A stretch of DNA of 64,000 nucleotides from the human T2T-CHM13v2.0 reference genome, Homo sapiens. The position numbers and the translations under genes were made by a program. A model generated the notes under the pieces. The model did not search any database, was not told the DNA's origin, and worked only from the letters and a program-made list of their open reading frames with translations. Below, one piece after another: positions 43,147-57,008 of the stretch (positions are counted from its first letter, which is position 1; every line of letters starts with the position of its first letter). The stretch is from the NCBI RefSeq assembly GCF_009914755.1, contig NC_060935.1; one strand, given 5' to 3'.

Positions 43147-43812
43147 TGAGAGGTGAAGCCAGCTGGACTACCTGGATCAAGTTGGGACTTGGAGAACTTC
43201 TCTGTCTTACAAGAGGATAGTAAAATGCACCAATCAGCACTCTGTAGCTAGGATTGTAAAATGCACCAATCGGCACTCCGTAGCTAGAAAGAGGATTGTA
43301 AAATGCACCATCAGTGCTCTGTAAAAATGCACCAATCAGTGCTCTGAAGCTCGCAAGAGGATTGTAAAATGCACCAATCAGTGCTCTACAAAAATGCACC
43401 AACCAGCGCTCTGTAGCTAGCAAGAGGATCGTAAAATGCACCAATCAGTGCTCTGTAAAAAGCACCAATCAGCACTCTGTAAAACACACCAATCAGCAGA
43501 AGTCTAAAAGTAGCCAATTGTGGGAGGATTGAAAACAGGGCACTCTGACAGGAAAAAAACAGAACATGGGAGGGGACAAATAAGGGAATAAAAGCTTGCC
43601 GCCCCAGCCAGCAGTGGCAACCATTTGGGTCCCCTTCCATGCTATGGAAGCTTTGTTCTTTTGCTCGTCACAATAAATCTTGCTGCTGCTCACACTTTGG
43701 GTTCATTCCATCTTTAAGAGCTGTAACAATCACCATGAAGGTCCATGGCTTGACTTCATTCTTGAAGTCAGTGAGACCACAAACACACCAGAAGGAACCA
43801 CCTTTGGACACA
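43147..43812 (+). mobile_element. LTR12-family 3' LTR of HERV9 (complete U3-R-U5)
   Basis: PPT agagggggaa then tgagaggtgaagccagctggac; tandem U3 repeats; AATAAA at ~43672; ends ggacaca. Confidence 0.95.
43210..43600 (+). promoter_or_regulatory. LTR12 U3 enhancer/promoter with 8 CCAAT boxes and a TATA-like aataaaag
   Basis: CCAAT at 43230, 43266, 43332, 43374, 43441, 43465, 43489, 43514; activity is not shown by sequence alone. Confidence 0.6.
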
Positions 43813-43849
43813 ATAGTCTAGCCTATAATACAGCCCTTTTGTTCACATC

Positions 43850-43995
43850 TCTTCTCCTTGACTGTGAGAAGCTTGAAGCCTAGGGACAAAGATGTATCTT
43901 AGTCATTTTGCTATGTTTCTACTAAGTCCCTAGGGCCTAACACAATGCCTGATGTAGTAGGTGTTTTATTGAATATATTGGGTCAAATTGAATTT
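43850..43995 (+). mobile_element. L2 3' end
   Basis: gactgtgagaagcttgaagcctagggac...cctaacacaatgcctgatgtagtaggtg. Confidence 0.65.
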
Positions 43996-44786
43996 ATTAC
44001 ATCTTCAGGTTAAAATAGAAAATCAGTTAAATAAAGAAAGAAGAGAAAACCCATGTTTTCAACTAGTTTGTGTGTAGCTTGAGCTAGAATTAAAATAATT
44101 ACAGAGATAAAGGTCTATCACATATGAATGCATCCCTCAATTAAGGAGCACACAAAATTATTTGACATCTACTCTATATGATGCCCTTTAAATACATTAT
44201 CTCATTTTATTTATTAAATAAGCTGATATGGTAGATATAACTGGTGCCATTTTACAAATGAGGAGACTGAGCAGTAAATGGAGGAATAGGAATTTTAGCT
44301 CATGTGCCTGACTCACAAGCTCATGTTCCTCCACTGCCCTAATACTGTGCCTGAGGTTATCAGAGCTCTGAGTGTTACAGAAAGACTCCACAGGCACCAG
44401 GTAACATCTTTAGATTTTTGCCAATATAAAACTAAAGCAGTTGCCCTCAATTGTTTTCAAGTTGTGTATCACCATGCTCCCCCACCTCCTACCCTCACTA
44501 TTCACCTTGAAAGCTTTATAGTTTAGGAGGACAAAGGAAAATTAAAGTCAATAAAGGATGAAGGGGCCAGGCACAGTGGCTTACATCTGTAATCCCAGCA
44601 CTGTAATCCCTATCTGCCCAAAGAGTGCAGATCTCTTGGGCCCAGGAGAATGAAGGGGAAACTCAGAAATCTGGACTGACCCTTGAATATCCCCTTACTT
44701 TATGATGTCCTTTGTTCATGCCTCTGTGGCCAGGCCATTGCTATCCCTTATCACCTAGGGCCCAAAGTTCTAGTTTAAGAAATGCT

Positions 44787-45107
<321 letters not shown>

Positions 45108-45199
45108 CTAGATTATTTATGCCCAAGAGAGGAAGGCAAGTTGGCTAACATCAGCCTGAAGCCAGCCAACCAGCTAGAGACAACGTGCAGAATAAATTA

Positions 45200-45420
45200 A
45201 GAGACGGATTTACCTTCAGATAACCTGGGTTCAAATCCCAACCCTATCACTCATATAGTCATGGGGACTCACAGAAATCATTTAAACTCTCTGAGCCTCA
45301 GTTTCTGCATCAGGACAAAGAGTGAAGGAGTATCTTCCCTGCCTAGATGACAGGACTGTTGTGAGGACAGAAGAGGAAATAAAAGACAAAGTGTTTTAGA
45401 ATCTAAGGATGCTATTCTAG
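45200..45420 (+). mobile_element. MIR
   Basis: cctgggttcaaatccca...tttaaactctctgagcctcagtttctgcatc. Confidence 0.75.
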
Positions 45421-45679
45421 CTTAATTTACCTATCTGGGTTCGTACTGATTATTTCTGAGATCCAGTTTATATAAGTCCTCTGTACACTGTATGAGAAAC
45501 ATAAAGAGGAATCAGGGGTTGTTGCTGAGGCATCTAGGTATCTGAGAGAGGACCCAGGAATGAATAAGAAGCTTAATACAATTACTCCATAGGAGAGTTC
45601 CTTTAAGCACAGAATAATATAATGGATTTAAATGGTTAGAAGCAAATCCTTAAAGCAAATAAAACCACAAAGAACATCT

Positions 45680-46481
<802 letters not shown>

Positions 46482-47729
46482 ACAACTGGCCATATAGGAA
46501 TGGAAATTTACAGCAGTGTCTGGGTTTTTCCCACACTACCATGTTCTGTCTGGAAAGTTTAGATTTGCTAGTCACGAAAGCTGACTAGAGATGGACAAAA
46601 GAGCAGAAATCACCTTTGCCTCTAAACAAGTAAAGTTGACTTGGTATTTTGAGTAAATCTGAAATGTCCATTTACTTAGTCACAACTGAATCTCTAAGGA
46701 GGAAAAGAAATAAACAAATGAGGCAAGAAATGGGAAGCATGAGCAGTATACTTCACGTAAGCTGAAAGCCAGTGACTTCCTGGAAAGACACCCAATAATT
46801 CAGCCTTCTATGACTTACTTTGTTCACTTGGCTGGGGATTCAGCACAAACACTAATCTTACAATGTAATGAGGCAGAGCCCACTTCCTGCCTATCCAGTG
46901 GAAAGTGAAATTGCAAACCGCCTTTGTTGTAAATCAAAATGCCTTTCTAACCTCAGTTGTTAATAACAAATGTGTATTTCCCATTTCACCACCATCTCTT
47001 TAGAATTCACACATTAAGAGCTTTATTTATACAATATTCTGCTTTGCTGAAATTCATTTTCAAGGCTTTCCCAGAGGCCACTGAGCCTCTTGTATAAATA
47101 GATTTTTTATAAGTTATGAAGTTTAGATTATTAAAAAACAATCTAGAAATCTGATCCTTAAAGTACCTGACAAATCCATTTTAGTTTTTAAATATATAAC
47201 ATTAGTTCAAAGAACAAATGCCTAGTTTTTATTTTCTAGCAACTCTGATTCTGGTAATGGCATTTGTTTGGAGGCAGAAAAAAATAGAAAAGAAAATCAA
47301 AATAGCAACTGAAAATATCTGTACAAGAGTGTTGTCTTATTTCAGTTTACAGATATGTGGACCTTGTTCTATTGGTTAATCTTGAGGTTTAACATAATTG
47401 ACCTTCAACTTGGAAGATGATATCCATCTTCCACCCCAAAATGTATTAGAAGTAACTTGACCTGTCAGTATCCCTTCATCTCCACTGCCAGGTATTTTCC
47501 CAGGATTCAGAAAAAACATCAAAGAAGTTTCCCCTCAAGAGAAGTATGGAGGCCAATATCATAAGCCCTAGTAAGTGTCACTTGATATAGAGAAGTAATT
47601 GAAGATATTGCTTCTATACTAAAGGAGCTTAGAATCTTGTTGTGGAGACAATAATAACACACATGAAAGCTCTTACAGAATAACCAAGTGCTAAGCTGTA
47701 AGATGCAGATAGAAACGCCATTAGGATGA

Positions 47730-48420
47730 GAAGCCACTTATTAATCTCCTCCTACTTGGTGGTGTGTTACAAATATTATCTCATCTACTCCTTCCAATAA
47801 CCCCAAATGTAAAGTATTATAACCATTTAATAATAGGAAAGTTGAGGAGGGGAAAAGTAGGGAACTTCTCCAAGGTGACCCAACTAATACAGAGCAGAAC
47901 CAGAATTCATACCCAAGTTTGTCTCCCCAAAGAGCCAGTGCCTTTCTTTCTACACCAAATTGCCGCTCAGAAGGTTATAGTAGAAAGAAAGCTACTTTAT
48001 GCCTCTTCAAGTATTCCCTGACACTATACCTTTATGCTTCTTATGACACCTTACACTTTCTACTTTATTTATAATACTGATGAGGAGGAAGTTGGTATGT
48101 TGAAACCAGCATAAGCTTTGAAGTCAAAAAGATCTGATTTCAAAATCTCTCCTATTCTAATTAGCTGAAAGAATGTAAGCAAGTCACTTAACCTTAAATA
48201 ATACATATCTCACAGCATTAATATGAGTAATAAATAGAATTAATTCATTCACTCAACAAATATTGATTGAATACCTACTATGTTGTAAGCATTAGTCTAG
48301 ATTTTATTCACAACAGCGAACAAAAAGAGACAAAAATTCCTGCCATTGTGGTGCTTACATTGTCAGTGAAGATGACAGATAATAAGTAAACAAATAAATA
48401 TATATATTTAAACAGTGGTT
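47730..48420. mobile_element. Cluster: MIR (-), MIR (+), L2 (-)
   Basis: aacttctccaaggtgacccaactaat; gcaagtcacttaacct; ttcattcactcaacaaatattgattgaatacctactatg. Confidence 0.65.
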
Positions 48421-49272
48421 TTAACGTAGAGGGGACTGAACCTCTGAGGGTTAGGTGAGTTGCCAGTTTTCACACAGCCTCGATATTGGTATTCAAATCC
48501 AACTCTGGAGCAAAGTTCTTGATTGTTCCTCAAGATCATTTGGTTTGCCCTTCACAAAAGTTAGTATATAAATATCCAGAGGATTTTGTGTGGTGAAAAC
48601 TGCCCTCAGGATCAGTTTCCACATGACCTCATTGATGTATGGAGTAATCTCATGTTTGTTCTCAAGCATTCCATTACTCTTTTTGTTCCCTGGGGCCATG
48701 GTATTCTGTAATCTTTTCCTAAGGCACTTTCCCTCAATCTTCAGGAGGAACAGAGTGTTTTCAAAACCACAAAATATTTTCATACCCTTTAGAGCATCTG
48801 GTTTTTATTGTAACTCTGCAAGGTAGGCAGGAAGGTGCCACCACACCCATTTAACAGACAAGGAAAGAGAGGTTAATGCCGGTAGGTTATTGCCTGAGAA
48901 CGCACAGCTGGCAAGCGGGTTTAACAAGACTTTAAATATAAGCTGCTGGATTCACATCCATTACCCTATTCATTACACTTCACTCACATGAGGAAAGACG
49001 AGGAGGCCAAATTCAGTTAAAGAAAATTTCTAATGTTCCTTCTTAACTAGACAGAAAACAAAAACAAAAAAAAAGAAATATTGACACACAAAAAGAAATG
49101 GTACAAGATAGAAAAGGAATGTGCTGAAAGACCTCCCTATACTTCTTAGAACTTTACCAAAATCTTTCTGCTTGGTTTTCCAGGACCATTTATCCCATCA
49201 CTACTCATTGCCATGGTCTAGTCCCAATATCTTGGGTATACAGGAAATATCCACTTGGGCAGAGATTCCACC

Positions 49273-49715
49273 TGTAGTGGTTAATACCGAGTGTCAACTT
49301 GATTGGTTTGAAGGATACAAAGTACTGATCCTGGGTGTGTCTGTGAGGGTATTGCCAAAGGAGATTAATATTTGAGTCAATGGACTAGGAAAGGCAGACC
49401 CACCCTCAATCTGAGTGGGCACAATCTAATCAGCTGCCAGCACTGTCAGAATAAAAGCAGGCAGAAGACCGTGAAAAGACTAGACTGGCTTAGCCTCCCA
49501 GCCTACATCTTTCTCCCATGCTAGATGCTTCCTGCCCTTGAACATCAGACTCCAAGTTCTTCACCTTTGGGACTCAGACTGGCTTCCTTGCTCCTCAGCC
49601 TGCAGACTGCCTGTTGTGGGACCTTGTGATCGTGTGAGTTAATACTCCTTAATAAACTCCCATTTATATATACACATCTCCTATTATTTCTGTCCCTCTA
49701 GAGAACCCTAATACA
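49273..49715 (+). mobile_element. MLT2A (HERV-L) solo LTR, complete
   Basis: tgtagtggttaataccgagtgtcaacttg...ctgtccctctagagaaccctaataca; 443 bp. Confidence 0.92.
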
Positions 49716-50064
49716 CCTAATTCAGAGTAAACCTTGAGGTAAGAATAGAGTAAAAATATTGAAACATATAGAGCATGTATACAGAACTCTGTGCTGCGCT
49801 CTGGGGACAATATAAGATTTAGAGAGAGTCTCTCTGTCTGAGTAAATGAGAAGTACACTGGAAGAAGAATAACAAGCACTGTACCAGCAATAATATAAAA
49901 AAGAATGAGGTGAGGATTTGGGGAGGATATCATCCAAGATTTTCCAGTATACATAGCCTGGAGCCATCCATTCTGCTAAGTAAGACCAGTGAAAACTTGA
50001 TCCCTGGATAAGAGCTTGACATGGAGGGACCTCATATGCACACCCATTTAGTATAAAAATCTAG

Positions 50065-50509
<445 letters not shown>

Positions 50510-50769
50510 TAAATGAAAGTAAATGATCTTATATTTAAGTAGTGTTTTAGCATGGTGTCTGGCTATGTTATATCCTCAGTAAATGAAAGCCTCTTTTTTA
50601 AGATCATTCATACAACAGTAGAGAAATTTAAGGAAAATATTCCAAAGACAGAAAAGCTGGCTACAAAACTGAAGCAAGAGACCAATGGAAAATAGCAGGA
50701 CACCAAACAAGATGGTAGTTACTTCTTAACTAGCTCTGCAAGGAGACCTAGGAGAGCTATAAAGACAGT

Positions 50770-51310
50770 ATATCCTACACTGAATTCATTGCCTCTCCCT
50801 CAAAACCTGCACTCCCTCTTGCAGTCCTTATCTTGGTGAATGGCACCCCCATGCCCCAGTCATCTAAACCAGAAACCTGGAAGTCAACTCAGACTCTGCT
50901 TGCTCATTCCCTTCCGGTCACCAAATCTTATAGAATCCACCTACCTAACATCTTCCCCTCCTTTCTAGCCCAGCCAGTGAGAATGTGTCTTTAATATGTT
51001 GGTTTAGTCTTCCATCCAAACTGGTCATCCTGGCTTCCTCCAATTCTCAGTCCTTCAAATATAATCTCTGCACCAAAGCCAGAGTAATCTTTCTAAACCA
51101 TAAAATTTGGTCATTGCTTCACTCTTCTTACATATTCCAGTTGCTCTCATTGTCTAGGATAAAGGCCAAACTATTAACAGTGGTCTCTGTTATCTGATCC
51201 CTGCTTTATACCCCTCCACACACCACAGCCATGGTGAACTACTGATTGGTCCCCAGGCATGTCAGGCAATTTCATGCCTCTGTGCATTTGCCATGCCATT
51301 TCCTCCACAT
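50770..51310 (+). mobile_element. L2 fragment
   Basis: gtgaatggcacc...aaaccagaaacctggaagtca...gccagagtaatctttctaaa. Confidence 0.75.
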
Positions 51311-52504
51311 TTCCCAAAGGGTGGTTTGTGAAATACCAGTTCCCCAAGATGCTCTATGAAGCAAGTGACCATTAGCCAATACGTTTTAGAAAAACTGCAC
51401 ATCTTTTTTTCTCCTGGAGAGTCTTTTTTGATTATATCCTATAATCAAATATCTATTTGTTTAATCCTTTCTTAAGATATTTGTGAAACATATATGTTAG
51501 AAACTTTATCACTATACATAAGTGATTTCATTTGTGATATTTAGTCAGTTCTTTATTTTGTTGGTTTCTGAGCCTGATAAATATTTAAAACTTTTATTTC
51601 CAGGAAAAATAGTTCTTAATTCCCCTTGTCATAGAGTTAGACAGATTTTCAAAAACTTAGCCAAGATAAAGCACTTCAGGTTTAAGCATTGCTTGCCATA
51701 ACCTTATATTCTTAAGACTGATGCACTGATAGTTCTTTACATCAGAGAAGCAGAGAAATGTAGAGAAACATTCCTTGCTAAGTAAGTACTCAAATCCTCC
51801 ACTCCAAATTGAAAATTTACCTACTGTGTCATTTGTTTGAATAACACTATTAACTTCAATAAGATATTCAAACTCAAATCAAATTAGCTATTACCTACTG
51901 CTGTTCTTTCCATCAACCATTTCAGCTTTTTCTTTGAAGAGTGGACAGGACTTTAAGAAGTACGATTGCTAACATTAGCAGAACTAAGAGAAGGCAAATG
52001 CTGAATGTTATAGCTGAATTTGAGTCCAAAAAAATGGAATGAAATATAGAACCTCTCCAATTCAGCCTAGTTCACATAGTCAGCACATCTTAGTGTGGTG
52101 GAAGCTCAAAAACAACAAATGGGGAATAAGTAAGACACCCATTCTTTCCCCCAGTGTGAAAAGTGAAAATATGAAACTATGCAGACTTCAGTTCAAAACG
52201 TAGCTTATTAGTGTGTGAACCTAAATGTTTTACTCTCTGAAATCAGTTTGCTCTTCTGTAAAAATCAGAGTAATAATATAAACTCTATCATGTTATTTCA
52301 AGATCTGGATAAGAAAATACTAACAAAACACCAAGAAAGATACCTGTAACATAATAGATGCTCAGTAAATACTAGTGTTTTTCCTAGTTTCTTCTCCAAT
52401 ATACCTACAAAATTCTCATTGTTATTTGCCCTGATCTTCATTCTGTTATCATAGGCATCCTTATCTTTGTCCACAAAATAAACTTCATTTTGCTTAAATC
52501 ATAA

Positions 52505-53272
52505 ATCAAAGTTTGGAAAACTATATTTCACATGCCAAATCTGCCTGACTACCCTGTTTTTGTAAATAGTTCAATAGTTTCATTTGAACACAGACACTCC
52601 TATGTCTTTACATATTGCCTATGGCTGCTTTCATCCTACAGCAAGATGTGAGCAATTGTAAAAGAGACTGTAGGTATGTAGTTGTCTATTGCTGCTGTAA
52701 CAATTTGCCACAAACTTAGTGGCATAAAACAACATGTTTATCATCTTACAATTCTTCAGGCTTAAAGTTTGACACAGGTTCCACTGGGCTAAAATCAATG
52801 TATCAGAAGGTCTGCATTTCTTTCTGGATGATACAGGGAAAACTCAATCTCCTTGCCTTCTCCAGCTTTGACAGACTACATTCGCTGACTCATGACTACT
52901 TCTCCCATCTTCAAAGCCAGCAAAAGCAGGTTGAGCCTTTCCTCACATCTCACAAAATCACATCACTCTGATCTTCTGCCACCTTCTTTGACTTTTAAGG
53001 ACCTTTGTGATTAAATTGATATAATCCAGATAATCCAGAATAACCTCCCTATGGTAAAGTCAGCTGATGAGCAGCCTTAATTCCACATGAAATCTTAGTT
53101 TCCCTTTACCATGTAACATAACATATTACCAGGTTCTAGTAATCAGAACATGGACATCTTTGGAGGAGGTGGAGGGTAATTATTCTACCTATAATAGCAT
53201 ATAATAACTCACAAAACCTAAAATGTTTGCCATCAACCCTTTAGGGAAAATGTTTCCCAACACATGTCCTAA
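52505..53272. mobile_element. MER58A-like hAT-Charlie element split by MLT1D
   Basis: gccaaatctgcc...gtttttgtaaata...tgcctatggctgctttc...gagactgta | ctcacaaaacctaaaatgttt...ccctttagggaaaatgtttccca. Confidence 0.72.
52677..53196 (-). mobile_element. MLT1D-like MaLR solo LTR
   Basis: attgctgctgtaacaatttgccacaaacttagtggc...ggacatctttggagg...attattctacc. Confidence 0.82.
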
Positions 53273-53469
53273 ACTTTGATTCATGCTTATGAACCTAAGT
53301 AAGCAAATACAGACCAGATGGAATTTTAGAGATGTTCATTTAATACATTACGTATAAAAACAAGAATAATTTTCATAAGCATGTATTACCAGGTGCCTGA
53401 AATAAAAAGATAAGCAAGACTTATCCTGATTCTACTGGCAGAAAAATCAATACACAAGAACCTCTCCTA

Positions 53470-53710
53470 AGAAGCAGAAGTACATAAAGGTTAAGAGTAA
53501 GGACTTGGGAGTGAGACAAACCTGTATTCCAATCATAGCTCTTCTACTTACTAACTGGGTGACCTTTTATAAGTTAACCTGTTTGTGCTTCAGTTTCTTT
53601 ATCTGCTCAAAATAGTACCTAATTCATATGGTTGCTATAAAAATTAAATGCGTATAATGTGCTTAGTAGACTCTCTGACAGATAGTAAATTCTTAATAAA
53701 TCTTAGTTGT
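53470..53710 (+). mobile_element. MIR
   Basis: ggttaagagtaaggacttggg...ctacttactaactgggtgacc...cttcagtttctttatctg. Confidence 0.72.
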
Positions 53711-56625
53711 ACATTTGATAAAATAGAGGTTCCAAGTAGAATGGGAAAATTGCCCGATTGCTCAACTTAAAGAGATATTTGAAGAGATATCTTAGCAAGC
53801 TGTCTAAGCAAGATCAAAGAATATGGCTGAATTGTTTTCTTAAACTTAGCATTCTTAACTCCCTACTGGAGATGTCAAGCAACGTTGCCAGTGGCAACAG
53901 CTAATTCTCCTTCTCCATGCTGCCTGAAGTCCAGCCCACAACCGACTTTGCCACCCCATTTGTAGCTGCTTACAATTAAAGAGGCATTTGAATTACTTGC
54001 TTGGACTGACCAGTGATTAAGGTACTAAGGGCTTCTGAGTTATTCACATTCTCTAAACTGAAGTCACCGAAGGGGCTAGTGTCAGGATCTGGAGATCTAT
54101 ACAAATAACTACCTTTAGATCCAGGCAAGAGGACCCCTTGCTCTGGGTCCCAGGCATTGCAAATACCAAAACATAAATTTCTTTTATTTTTGATACCATA
54201 AAGAGGACATTTCTTTACACTTTAGAAACCCCTTCAGCAAACAGGAATTACAGATGAGGATCATACAAGCCAAATCCCTTCTCCCAACACCCATGAAGAC
54301 CAGAAGATGTGGGGTTGAGAGTATATGCAGAAGAAAGAGAAAATCACCACCTCTTGCCTGAGAAACAAAAGAAAGAATAGCTGCTTTTGTTTAAATTTGA
54401 CCACCCCAAATTCACCTAAAGTAAGTATCTAGGCAGGCCAGATACCTCTGATAACTGCCCTCCCACATCCCTTCTGCTCAGATTGTATAGTTTGGGGAAG
54501 GCTTAGAACTGCCTGTAATTCCCAGGTAGGAAAAGTAATGTGTTGAGGATAAACTGCCCACTCAACCCCTGGAGAGCTTGACCAGGTCAGTCCCCATCCT
54601 GGCTTCAAGTTGATCCAGGCACTGCCCAGGAGTCCTGAGCTCTGGGTCATGTTCACCCTGCCATCGCAGCAGATCTGAGGCTTACAGGGGACAGGTGTTG
54701 CCTGAGGGAGAATGTAGGAATTTTACTCCACAGGTCTCATGAACAATACCCAGACACATGCTGTAGGGCCCTGGGTAGCAACCTGAGCCAGGTTGCAGGC
54801 ATAAATTGATTAATAGCTTTTAAATGTGTAGACATTTGGTATGAGGGCCTCCATTTGTACCCTTGCCCTGCAAACGTTAAGAAGGGTCTGTTTGCCTGTC
54901 CCATCCCAGTCAGAGCATCCACCTCTGAGTTCCCTTTCTTGGCTGCACTTCTAGGAATGAATTCTGGACCACCAATGACTAAATTTCTGAAACAAGGATG
55001 AAGCAATGTCTGCAAGGTGCTGATGGTTTTCTAAGACCAATATGAGCCATCTTTGCTGACATATATTCCCTTTGTTATGAGCATCCTATTGTTTAAGAGC
55101 AATAAATCTCTTCTTAGGTGACAGATTAGGATTATTACCTTTGCTTTTAGCAAGCCTATAAAATGAAATATGAATTCATATCATCTGGAGAGGGGAGAAT
55201 AAGTCAAAAACTAAGAGAAAAATCTAATTTGTTACAGGCAGGCCATGAATGAATACTGAAAAAATATAAAAAGCTGAATTCCTACTACGAAAAATCTATT
55301 ATTTTCTTTCTGAATTCAAGCAAGTTTTAGGAGGACTAAAGGATATGCATAGAAAGCATTAAAAAAATATTTATCTATATTGAAGGTGGAGAGTGAGGGA
55401 AAGGTAACAAAAATCAATATGTTTAAAATAAAAAGCTGCCTTGCAGTTTCAGGTAAGTCTTCAACTATCAATTAATTGCTTGATCAATGCAGCAAGATGC
55501 AGGCAGCTTAACTGAAGAAAATTAGTCCTTAAGAAGCTCTTATCTGCAAAGGGATCCTGCTGACAGTAAGGTTAACAACCTTTCGAGCTGCAACTGCTTC
55601 AGAGGGTTCGGGAAGGAGATCAGAATGAAATCACATATGAGTATGTCACAGAAAGTTGACATCTAGAAGATTCCAGACAGAGATAAAATAGCTCACTCAT
55701 TGGTCCTAATGGTGGGTCTGCCAACAGAGATAGAGCACTTTTAGGAGGGAATGGAAACTTAAGAAATATTTTTCAAAATGCTTTCATGTTACTGAGATGC
55801 ATTTAATTGACCTGTTCAAGAGATGTTTCAAAAGATTATTTTGGATCATGCTATCTATTTTGCTTTCTTTCTGTTCTATTCCACAAATATTTTTTGGAAT
55901 TCCAACCCAGTGGCTGGTAAAGTGCTGAACTCCATGATTTCAAACATGAATAACATAAGCCCCTGATTGCAAGGAATTCATAGCCTATTTGGAAATGAAC
56001 CAGACAAGTCCATGGAGAATTAGAGAGAAGGGACTGTTACATTCCAAAGTAAAGTCATCTAACCTAGTCTAGATTCTTGTTCAATATTATTTGTACAGCA
56101 GGATGAACTGACCAACCTTACTCTCTTCCTCCCATCCACCAGCTTTTATCAGAAGAGACTTATAATCAAAAATGTAATCAGATGCAGCAAACCCAAGCTG
56201 ATATAACCCCTCTCCTTTTAGTTAGCAAAAATAACATCCACTAGCAATCAGCAGAGGGGAAAAAAGCCAAGTGACTCTCAGTCCAGTAACCAGGGAATCT
56301 ATACATCATAAAGTCAAGGACAAAACCCTGCTAACAGGAGAAATATTTTTTCTTCAATAGGGAATTACGCTGCAAAATATCTAGGAAAGAATAATGCTTA
56401 TATTTACAAGGCCTGCTTACTTCTCAGGTGACTTCGTAAAGAAAGTATTATCAAAGTGTTATCCTTATTTGGGAGATCAGACCTCACATCCTTTCTGTAG
56501 CCTTTTTTTTTATCATAAATATCAATATGCATTCAGCTGTAGCCTGTGGTGTTGCTCAAGTTTGCAAGCCACAAGAAAATATAAATTTGCAAGATCCAAG
56601 AGATTGCACCTCATCATTTGTATGG

Positions 56626-57008
56626 TGATATGGTTTGGGTCTATGTCCCTGCCCAACTCTCATGTTAAATCGAAATCCCCAGTGTTGAAGATGGGGCCTG
56701 GGAGGTAATTGGATCATGGGGGCAGATTTCCCCTTTGGTGTTGTTCTGCTGATAGTGAGTGAGTTGTCTTGAGATTGGATTGTTTAAAAGTGTGTAGCAC
56801 CTCCCCTGCTCTCTCTTCTTCCCGCTTTGGCTATGTGAAGACTTGCCTGCTTCCCCTTTGCTTTCCACCATGATTGTAAGTTTCCTGGGGCCTCTCCAGC
56901 CATGCTTCCTGTACAGCCTGTGGAAATATGAGCCAATTAAATCCCTTTTCTTTATAAATCACCCACTCTCAGGGGTTTTTTATAGCAGTGCAAAAATGGA
57001 CTAATACG
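56626..57008 (+). mobile_element. MSTA/MSTB-like MaLR solo LTR
   Basis: tgatatggtttgg...gccatgcttcctgtacagcctg...ggactaatacg; TSD tatgg/tgtgg. Confidence 0.9.

Noticed and set aside
43016-43693. Minus-strand ORFs with repeated RALIGAF motifs
   Set aside because: They are antisense translations of the LTR12 U3 tandem repeats.
40100-43812. 5'-truncated HERV9 as an L1-mediated processed pseudogene
   Set aside because: The 3' LTR includes U5 and ends in CA with no poly(A) tail, which fits a provirus deleted after integration.
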